Assembly (NCBI RefSeq): GCF_000020025.1
Contig: NC_010632.1
Coordinates: 60,001-92,000, forward strand
Length of the DNA: 32,000 nt
Reading direction: 5' to 3'
Source of the DNA: Nostoc punctiforme PCC 73102
GTDB taxonomy: Bacteria > Cyanobacteriota > Cyanobacteriia > Cyanobacteriales > Nostocaceae
Position numbers and translations under genes: made by a program. Below, in pieces: positions 8,747 through 16,427 of the stretch (the first letter of the stretch is position 1; the number at the start of each line of letters is the position of its first letter). The notes below the pieces were generated by a model, which saw only the letters and a list, made by a program, of their open reading frames with translations, searched no databases and was not told the origin of the DNA.

Positions 8747-11700
8747 TTACCCCGTCTCAATTGGCAACCTGACATTAAGATCCAAACGAAAAGTACCATA
8801 GGGATTAACGTGACCCCAAATTAAAGGCGAAAGCGCCCGCAAATCCTCCAACTTCATCAACTTCATCCATTGTGGTTGGGACAAAACCTCCTGAATCATC
8901 AACGTATTTATATATACCAAAGATATCTGGAGTAAATGCAGAGATAACACAGCTAATTCTTGGTCAGACAAACGATTAGTAGCAATCTCCCCACCCTTGC
9001 CGTAAAAAATAAAACTGTTAGCACTATTCCAGTTCTCCACCACGTTGAGTCCAGCATTTATCTCTTGTCGCAGTTCAACCGAATGCAGGTATTTACATAA
9101 AAATATAGTTTTTACAGCCTTGCCCAATTCCGCCAAGGCTTGATAAGTAGGGTGTAATAAATTACCCCTAGTAAAACGCTTTAAGATGGCTTCAGTTTCT
9201 GCCATACCCAAACGCAAAGCAGTAGCATACTTCACCATTTGGTCGTATTGTTGGCGAATTAAATCCCAATTAATAGCGCGAGTTAAAATAGGTTGCAAGT
9301 TTGGATAAGCATCATTATTTCCAGTTGAAGGACGGTATAATTTCTGAACATTGATACGTTTAAGACGCGGCATTAACTGAAAACCCAGTAAATGACAGAA
9401 AGCAAAAGCCACTTCATTTTGACCGTGACTATCCACATAATTTGTCTCCACTTTCATCTCAGTACAGTGGCGTAATAATCCTTCAATCATGGCTGCCACT
9501 TCAGAAGAAGAACAAGTTTTTAACTGTGAATAAATACAAACAGAATTCTTCTCAACGTGCCAATAAATCATCACACCTCTTCCACCATAACGGATGTGCC
9601 ACTCAGTCATTAAGTTTTGATCCCAAGCACCAAACTTTTTCGAGTCAGAAGCACAGGCGGTTGTACCCTCTCCCCAAATAGTAGAAATTCTGGCAGTAAA
9701 AATTGCATTTGCAATACAGGCAATAGCATTACGTAATTGTTCTTTCTGAATAAAATGACGCTTAACATGGAGTAAATCTTGATAATTGTCGCCTTTAATC
9801 TCATCACTTAAACGCTTTAATCCAGTATTCGTTCCTAAACCATATAAACAAAGTAGCAAGCGTTTTTGTAAAGTATATTCGCCTAAAACCTCTCGTGTTG
9901 ATACACTCTGAAAGTGTTGGCTAAACTTAACTCGCAAATCAGTCTCTTTCAGAATATCTAAGAGGCTAGTCATGCGCCAACGCCTAGTAATTTCAGTTTT
10001 CAACCTAGTCAAATTAGTCGGTTCATTTTGAGGATTCAGAGGAGAAACACAAATTCGACTTTTGCCTGTCGTTTTAAGTGTGACTAAACTATTTTTAGGT
10101 ATTCCTTTATCCAGTAAAGTTAATGATTGCTCCAAAGATTGCTGTAAATTAGCAATAAAGACTTCTACATCGGATGGTTGTTTCAAAGCTTGGAAATATT
10201 CTAATCTTTGCGCCTCAAAATCAGCAGGTAAATCTTCTTCAGGGTTTCTGTAACGATTAGCTCCTACAACCCATATTTCCTTGCATCTCAGCTTTTCTCT
10301 CAATGCTTGCAGCACGCTCAACTCATAATTAATGCGATTAACTTTGATTTCATCGTCTGCTCCCGTCTCTAATATAATTTCTTGCCAACCACTACGTAAT
10401 ACCCCCTCAATGGGTATATCTTCTCCAGCATCATAATAACGCTGTTTACTATCAGCATACTTTTTTAGTAAAGATATCGCTTGAATAACTGGACGATGAA
10501 CTTCATTATTTGAACGAAATTCGAGCTTGTTTAAAATTAACGGTAAAATTCGCCGATAATATCCACCATAAGAAGAGCGCATCACCGTATAAACTTTCTC
10601 ACGGTAAGCATTCCCTGTAGATTTATACTCTTTCACTAAATTCTTGAGAGTCACTTCACTTACTACAGGAAAAATCACATCCTTGACTGTGCCATCAGGT
10701 GTTTTCAAGGAAGCTTCTGCCATTTGGTATAGTAGATTATTCTTCCCATGAACCCGTTTAAAATCCTGAATAAGCTCTTTATCTACACGTTTTTCCTGCA
10801 TTCACACCTATGCGATGGACAATCTGAATGAGTAACTCTACTAAATTATCTATAACTTCTTGACTTCTGAGCCAACAAAAAGCTGTAAATAGTGTGTAGC
10901 GAATATGTTCTGGGTGACGGCGTAAGTCACGAGGATGTTCAACAATTACCCGACTTTTATAGACTTGGAGAACTTTGGTAGAGATGTTTTTAAATAAGTC
11001 TGTTGGTAATTCTAATTGCTCAAAAATCTCTAATTTAGCAACTTCCTTTTGAAAACTTTCTACACCAATTCTCCCTGGGTCTGTTTTTAATTCAGCCCAT
11101 GTTAATCTAGTCACTTCAGTGTTTATTTCTGAGTTATTCGTGTCATCTAACTGTTGAGATAATTGGATATCTCCTGGATTATTCAGTTGTTTATCATGAT
11201 TTGTTTGTGTGGTATCATCTAATTCCTGATCGGAAGCTTTCTCTTTCAAAAAATCATTTATCCACTTTTTAGATTGGTTAGATAGTTGGGAAGTTATGTC
11301 CCGAAAAAATTTAGATTCAAAATTTCTGATAGCAGAGCGAATGATACGTTCTAATCTGGAATCTGTCGGTGGTTCAAGTTTTAAATTCCGTAGTCTCGCT
11401 ACTGCTGCAAGTTTTAGCTGTTCAAATTTTAACTCATAAATTAGTGCTTGTTCTGCTAACCAATTAGTTAACTCAAAAGCATCACTAACTTTGGTTTCTT
11501 GAAATCCAAAGAATTCTCTAATTTGAGCGCGATGATATTTTATGGAGCGTCCTTGCCAATCGTAGTAAGAGTACTTTTGGGGGGAAATATCTAAAAGTTT
11601 GGCAACATAATCAACAACATTTTGGGAGATTTCTTGATTATTCTCAGGAAATCTGGCATAAATCTCAAAAAACTTGAGCAATATAGCAAAACCTAACCGA

Positions 11701-11792
11701 TTTTCGTCGTTTTTCTGATTCAGTAGTGCTAATTCAAGAGGGAGTAGCGTCCAATACTCTACTAATTCTTCTGGCTGCCAGGTTTTTTTCAT
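8747..11792 (-). pseudogene. tnpA: Tn3-family transposase TnpA, split by a 1-nt frameshift
   Basis: ORF 10779..11792 (337 aa, DUF4158-like N-terminus) ends ...[15 protein letters not shown] 8747..10801 (684 aa) starts ...[18 protein letters not shown]. Together they give the length and order of a Tn3 TnpA. The frames overlap at an A5 run (plus-strand T5 at 10790-10794); with A4 the frame would read VNAGKRVDKEL continuously. Confidence 0.85.
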
Positions 11793-11913
11793 TAAGTCTC
11801 ACTCTTCAACCAAACAGTATTCTATCTTCTTTGGGGTAACAATCTTTAACTGAGATAAAATGCTGTTTCTCGATGAAAAACATACTGGAACTGAGTGATT
11901 CTATATAATTGCC

Positions 11914-12828
11914 CTAAAGGTCAGCTTTTTGGTCGGAATTAATCAGTATATTCAAGGCATGACGTGCAGCTGATTCTGATTTCTGTGAGGTGACTTTAGC
12001 GTAACGTAAAGTTGTTTGAATGCTTTCATGTCCCATTAATGAGCATAATTCCTCAATACTGATTAACCCCACTCGTTCTGTAGCAAATGTATGTCGTAAA
12101 TCGTGAATGCGAACTCCTTGAAGGTGTGGATACTTATTGGTTGTCTCCCGCCAATAATCATGCAATGTATGGTAGCTGATTCTACTTACTTTTCGGGTAA
12201 CTGGATGTTGTGCTGTAAACAAGGCATTCGTATTTTGATGCCGTGAGTATTTCAAGTATTTAGCAAGCATTGAGGCTGCGTCATCACTGTAAAAACACCA
12301 GCGTTGTTTGTTGCCTTTACCTAATACTTGAAATTTCTGGTTCTTGATATCTACAGAATCTATGTTTAGGGCTAAAAGCTCTCCTATTCTGCATCCTGTG
12401 CGATGCAGTAAATGAACTATCGTACTTAGACGTAAGTCATCTTTTACGGCAGAATATAGTATATTTAGTTGTGATTGTGTTAGATATCTTATTGTCTCGT
12501 CGCTTTTATGTTCGCCTTTCTCTCTTTCAGGTAGACGTTGTTTTAGTCCCCGGATAGGGTTGGATTTTATATACCCTTGTTCTACTGCAAAGTTAAGCAA
12601 ACTTTGTAATATTGCTTGATGCTTGTGGTGTGTTGTGTATTTTAAATGACTGAGATTATTTAGATACTCAACTAATGTTTGCTTACTGATAATTTCTATT
12701 GACCAACTTCCATACTTTTGCAGTAAAAGTCCGAGGGTCAGTTCATAGGTTTCTCTAGTACTTGGTGCTAGACCAGGACGCTCTAGAAATTCGGTCGTGA
12801 CAGTGGCTAAAGTTACAGCCGATTTCAC
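11914..12828 (-). CDS. tyrosine site-specific recombinase (probable transposon resolvase, TnpI-like role)
   Basis: 304 aa with the R..H-x-x-R..Y set: HRTGCRIGELLAL, IHDLRHTFAT, GHESIQTTLRYAKV. It lies directly upstream of, and co-oriented with, tnpA inside the element. Confidence 0.85.
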   Translation of the reverse strand: MKSAVTLATVTTEFLERPGLAPSTRETYELTLGLLLQKYGSWSIEIISKQTLVEYLNNLSHLKYTTHHKHQAILQSLLNFAVEQGYIKSNPIRGLKQRLPEREKGEHKSDETIRYLTQSQLNILYSAVKDDLRLSTIVHLLHRTGCRIGELLALNIDSVDIKNQKFQVLGKGNKQRWCFYSDDAASMLAKYLKYSRHQNTNALFTAQHPVTRKVSRISYHTLHDYWRETTNKYPHLQGVRIHDLRHTFATERVGLISIEELCSLMGHESIQTTLRYAKVTSQKSESAARHALNILINSDQKADL

Positions 12829-12905
12829 GGTTGTTTCTGTATTCTCTCGCTTGGTTTTTTATTGATAAATTATATATCTTTTTATGAGTTAGCCCTGAGC
12901 TTTTT

Positions 12906-13373
12906 ATGGATACTTTTAAAACTCCCAATAGCGATGAATCCCTTGCTAGTTACGTGTCACGGGTCAGGAAGAAACTCAATTTAACTCAGTCTGAGTTGGC
13001 GGATGCTGCTGGTATACATGGACGCTCTGTCGGGAAAATCGAGCGAGGACTTACGCTTAAAATTAATCGTAGGACACTTCAAGGGTTAGCGATCGCACTT
13101 GGCGTACCTCAAGAATATTTTGATGCTGTGATCAAGGGTGAGGAAGTATCTCAGGTTAGAGGGGTTAAGTTTTGTCCCCAATGTTGGAATCCTGGCGCGG
13201 CGGTTGACCCTATGTGGAGTCATATCAAAGCCAAGTTTTGTTATCTCTGCGGTACACCGATTCGAGCTAACTGTGCGAATTGCGGTGAGTTGGTGTTGTC
13301 TTTGAGACACCGATTTTGTCCAATTTGTGGCTGTGCTTATAAAACGCCTGTCAAAACCGCTAAAATCCAATAA
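12906..13373 (+). CDS. XRE-type HTH protein with a C-terminal double zinc-ribbon
   Basis: 155 aa. HTH: LNLTQSELADAAGIHGRSVGKIERG. Then four CxxC pairs: CPQC, CYLC, CANC, CPIC. Divergent from the recombinase and inside the transposon. Confidence 0.75.
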   Translation: MDTFKTPNSDESLASYVSRVRKKLNLTQSELADAAGIHGRSVGKIERGLTLKINRRTLQGLAIALGVPQEYFDAVIKGEEVSQVRGVKFCPQCWNPGAAVDPMWSHIKAKFCYLCGTPIRANCANCGELVLSLRHRFCPICGCAYKTPVKTAKIQ

Positions 13374-13405
13374 TCAACTCTTTTTCTCAAACCCAGACTC
13401 CACAA

Positions 13406-13454
13406 TACTTTCAGCCTATCTTGCCCCTGGTGACAGCTTCGCTATATTTACCCC
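13406..13454. repeat. right terminal inverted repeat of the Tn3-family element
   Basis: Exact reverse complement of 8631..8679. Confidence 0.95.
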
Positions 13455-13459
13455 CACTA
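13455..13459. repeat. target-site duplication CACTA (right copy)
   Basis: Identical to 8626..8630 and abuts the right IR. Confidence 0.85.
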
Positions 13460-13762
13460 GGAGAATTTATTTACCACTGGATACCAGAACTGCGCGGCTA
13501 CAGTTTACTAGAAATTGAACAAGAGAAATATATTGAAACTAGTAATTATCCTAAAGTGATTCTAGATTGGTCAAAAACGCGTAAAGTTAATGGCAAAATT
13601 GTCTCTGACTTACGAAAGCAAACCAAACAGCGATTATTAAGCCAAGGTGGAGATGAATACGATAGTGCGATCGCTGCTAAAGAAACAGTTGATAAATACT
13701 GGCAGCATAAAGACAAAGAATACAAAGAATATCAACAAAAGCTTACTGAGTTGCAGGAGTAA
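13460..13762 (+). pseudogene. photolyase/cryptochrome-family gene, 3' part (100 codons)
   Basis: GEFIYHWIPELRGYS... continues the frame broken at 8630. GEFI..W.PEL is the conserved photolyase C-terminal motif. Confidence 0.85.
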
Positions 13763-13820
13763 AGCATTATCTAGATTTTAAACCAAGCTCCTCTCTCTTT
13801 TTACTAAATAGAATCACCAT

Positions 13821-14102
13821 TCAACAATACTTTGTCGCGTCTTCACCGCATTCATCTACTAAATACAACAAACACTTATAACAAAGACTAATTATTTGTT
13901 CATAGAGAGGATTGATTTTACATAATGGGGGAATGTGAAAAAGTGTCCGCCCTAAAATTGATACAGTTCTTTCAAAAGGACAATGGGATGGAATTAGTTT
14001 ACATAACAGTCTGGCTAACTTGGGATTATGAACTTCTAATATTTCAACCTGATAACGTATCTGGTTTAATAAGTTGTTATTTAAATGGTGTTGTTTAAGC
14101 AA
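13821..14102 (-). CDS. Mo-dependent nitrogenase C-terminal domain-like protein
   Basis: 93 aa. LCKLIPSHCPFERTVSILGRTLFHIPPLCKINPLYEQ...YLVDECGED matches my recollection of the Mo-nitro_C family. TTG is the only plausible start, because a stop lies 3 codons upstream. Confidence 0.5.
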   Translation of the reverse strand: MLKQHHLNNNLLNQIRYQVEILEVHNPKLARLLCKLIPSHCPFERTVSILGRTLFHIPPLCKINPLYEQIISLCYKCLLYLVDECGEDATKYC

Positions 14103-14274
14103 ATTTATATATTAACTCTCTTTTCCGGAATCTATTTCTCTAACATGACAATTATCTTCAAAGAAAAACATCGTAAATTTACGAAACTATTTCTCTTCTT
14201 AAAGAAAGCTAATTGAAATCTCAGTAAAATTCCTTAAAGTCTAGAATAAGTAAGCAATTGTACTTTATATAATG

Positions 14275-14336
14275 AATGTTACGAGCAAAGCTAGTGTCTG
14301 AGGAAGCAGGAGCGTAATGTTACGCGAATGTTTACG
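14275..14336. repeat. three direct copies of AATGTT(T)ACG
   Basis: AATGTTACG at 14275-14283 and 14316-14324; AATGTTTACG at 14327-14336. Related CGTAA/TTACG units are nearby, including the 12-bp palindrome CGTAAATTTACG at 14172-14183. Confidence 0.8.
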
Positions 14337-14528
14337 CACCTCTTGCTTCTGTAACGATTACTGTTTTCTACTTCGAGTGTTTAGCGTCAAAAATCAACAC
14401 TGCGATGCTCCCGTGTAACATCTGCAATTCAACACTCACGTTCCCTCTAACGTTGCCCCACGCTGCCTTGAGAACAGCGAACGCTACAGCTTTGCAGTGA
14501 TTGAATTGCTAGTGGTAAAACAATTCAT

Positions 14529-14804
14529 CTATGGCGCTACTTTTTCTTTAAACTGTTTTCCAGCAGAAAACGCAGGCACTTTGGTCGCTGGAATGGTCAT
14601 TGTCTCCTGGGTTTTGGGATTACGCCCCTCACGCTCGGCACGTTCGCGTCGCTCGAATGAGCCAAAGCCAATGAGCGTTACCTTTTCACCATTAGCTACA
14701 GCCTCAGTAACAACTGACAAAAAAGCGCTAATAACTTCATCGGCTTGCTTTTTTGTGATGTTGGTCTTTGCTGCTACAGCATCCACTAGTTCACCTTTGT
14801 TCAT
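14529..14804 (-). CDS. hup: HU-family DNA-binding protein
   Basis: 91 aa: MNKGELVDAVA...KKQADEVISAF...V.LIGFGSFERRERAEREGRNPKT...IPATKVPAFSAGK, a full-length HU signature. Confidence 0.9.
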   Translation of the reverse strand: MNKGELVDAVAAKTNITKKQADEVISAFLSVVTEAVANGEKVTLIGFGSFERRERAEREGRNPKTQETMTIPATKVPAFSAGKQFKEKVAP

Positions 14805-15087
14805 AAATCACCCTGAAGTATTGCAAATATTGGAAATCTAGCATTACTAGCTTTTATTAGCAAAGGGGGGAAAGGAGTAAAAATCAAGCAACACACGAAA
14901 ATTAATAATGCACGGCTACTATTGCTGTAATAGGATGTTTAACGGAAAAATTCGGTATAATACCCAATTATCCAACAGACTTGTCCGAACATCTTAATCG
15001 CAGTTAAGCGTTCACAGACGGCACGACAACTGTTTCGCAAGCTACTAGGGTGTTAGTATGCTTGTCTTATAAGGGAGCAGTAAGCAC

Positions 15088-15378
15088 ATGGAAAAGATCG
15101 TGATCGTGAAATGGAGAATTTTGGAGTCGGAAACGTCCCGGATACTGAAATTGCTACCGGAGCTGGCCGAGAAGACCAGATCGGAGGAAGGCAACATTTC
15201 CTACACAATTTATCAGTCGGAAAGCGATCCTTGCGAACTCATTCTTTGTGAACACTACACTGACACTGCTGCCGCAGAATCTCACAAGCGCTCGGAACAC
15301 TATAAAAGAATTGTCGCAGAAGAGATCATCCCCCATCTTGAAGCCCGCGAGGTGATATTGGTGAAGAAGCTTGTTTAA
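15088..15378 (+). CDS. ABM-domain (antibiotic biosynthesis monooxygenase / quinol monooxygenase-like) protein
   Basis: 96 aa. Typical size and pattern (E.GNISY..YQS..DP....L.E.Y.D..A...H..SEH). AAGGGAG Shine-Dalgarno about 10 nt upstream. Confidence 0.65.
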   Translation: MEKIVIVKWRILESETSRILKLLPELAEKTRSEEGNISYTIYQSESDPCELILCEHYTDTAAAESHKRSEHYKRIVAEEIIPHLEAREVILVKKLV

Positions 15379-15431
15379 AGCTCTGCCCCGAACCGAACCA
15401 AACAACCGTACTAAGGAAAAGTGGAAAAGTT

Positions 15432-16106
15432 ATGTCAAAGAAGATTCTTATTATCGTATCGAACGCGTGCGTTATTGGTCCGAACAACCGAAGGACGGGA
15501 AATTTTCTGCCAGAGGTTGCACATCCCTATGCTGAATTCGACAGAGCAAAATACCAAATTGATTTCGCAAGTCTCACCGGAGATACGCCGTTTCTGGATG
15601 CGCTCAATCTTGCTGACGACCCTGACAACCTAGCCTTCTTAGTAGGAAAAGGGTGGGCCTCAATGCAGAAAGCGAAGAAGCTCTCAGATGTGGAGGTCAG
15701 CCAGTACGATGCCATCTTTATGCCTGGCGGTTTGGCACCAATGGTCGATATGCCTGAACATCCACTTCTCAAAAAGGTTGTGAAAGAGACATACGAGCGA
15801 GGCGCTGTTGTTGGTGCCGTTTGTCACGGTCCAGCCTCGTTACTGAACGTCAAGTTGAGCAACGACACTCTCCTGCTCGCCGGGAAGAATATCAGTTCAT
15901 TTACGAACGAGGAGGAAGAAAACTACGCAAAAGCTGATGTGCCTTTCGAGTTAGAAACGGCGCTTACCAAACAAGGCGCACTCTTCCACAAGACGGTACC
16001 CTGGCAGGCATTCAGCATCGCCGATAAAAATCTCGTCACCGGACAAAATCCTGCTTCTGCCAAAGGTGTCGCAGAGAAGATGATCGCGCTATTGGAGTCT
16101 GCTTGA
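15432..16106 (+). CDS. DJ-1/PfpI (class I glutamine amidotransferase-like) family protein
   Basis: 224 aa: KILIIVSN...G....E...PY..F....Y.IDFAS, the nucleophile elbow AVCHGPASLL, and the C-terminal LVTGQNPASA. Confidence 0.8.
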   Translation: MSKKILIIVSNACVIGPNNRRTGNFLPEVAHPYAEFDRAKYQIDFASLTGDTPFLDALNLADDPDNLAFLVGKGWASMQKAKKLSDVEVSQYDAIFMPGGLAPMVDMPEHPLLKKVVKETYERGAVVGAVCHGPASLLNVKLSNDTLLLAGKNISSFTNEEEENYAKADVPFELETALTKQGALFHKTVPWQAFSIADKNLVTGQNPASAKGVAEKMIALLESA

Positions 16107-16281
16107 AGCAGCATCCTTAAAACGGTGCTGGGTCGCTGCATAACAGACAGCTTATGGTTGAAAATGCTGTCACTTGAAGGAAAAGATGGCCGGAATTAAA
16201 GAATAAAGTGCCCGCCCTTAAAACCTGGATTACTTATTTTTGCGTTGCCCTATTTTCGCCATACTTTACAAGCAATTGGGA

Positions 16282-16305
16282 ACGATATGGGAATTCCCAT
16301 ATCGT
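16282..16305. repeat. perfect 24-bp palindrome centred on GAATTC
   Basis: ACGATATGGGAATTCCCATATCGT lies between the convergent DJ-1 and UvrD-like genes. A further half-site-like GATATCGTCC is at 16366-16375. No flanking T-run. Confidence 0.9.
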
Positions 16306-16427
16306 CTCTAATAATTGAAATGGAAGGGTGCGGAAAGGAACAAGGTAGTTGGGTTCATTAAATCCGATATCGTCCAACCGAATCTGGAAAGTAATGGGCG
16401 CGGATGGTAGCAGCGATCACCATAAAT

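Larger units (their letters stand above)
8631..13454. mobile_element. Tn3-family transposon (4,824 bp) with tyrosine-recombinase resolution module
   Basis: 49-bp perfect terminal IRs starting with GGGG, and a 5-bp direct duplication. A roughly 1,000-codon Tn3-type tnpA with a DUF4158-like N-terminus. Removing 8631..13459 restores ...EKDPLGEFIYHWIPEL... in the photolyase frame. Confidence 0.9.

Noticed and set aside
10779-10801. Programmed ribosomal frameshifting in tnpA
   Set aside because: The frame change needed is +1/-2, not -1, and there is no downstream structure that I can see. Tn3-family transposases are not known to use recoding. Mutation or sequencing error is the simpler explanation.
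13086-13370. 94-aa minus-strand ORF, and the 63-aa ORF 13327..13518
   Set aside because: The first is antisense to the HTH-zinc-ribbon gene. The second reads through the transposon right IR. Neither has motif support.
14103-14528. NtcA-type promoter (GTA-N8-TAC) upstream of the Mo-nitro_C-like gene
   Set aside because: The GTA/TAC pairs present have N4-N5 spacing, not N8.
14497-14841. 114-aa plus-strand ORF
   Set aside because: It is the antisense shadow of the HU gene, which has an unmistakable full-length signature on the minus strand.
15154-16141. Minus-strand ORFs 15154..15405, 15527..15772 and 15923..16141, and plus-strand ORF 15421..15633
   Set aside because: All overlap the ABM and DJ-1/PfpI genes in a G+C-richer stretch, where spurious open frames are expected. 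They have no motifs.
16201-16230. AAAGTGCCCGCCCTTAAAA resembles AAAGTGTCCGCCCTAAAA at 13940-13957 inside the Mo-nitro_C-like gene, suggesting a decayed second copy
   Set aside because: The match is only about 18 nt. Translating the surrounding sequence gives no convincing extension of the Mo-nitro_C motif.
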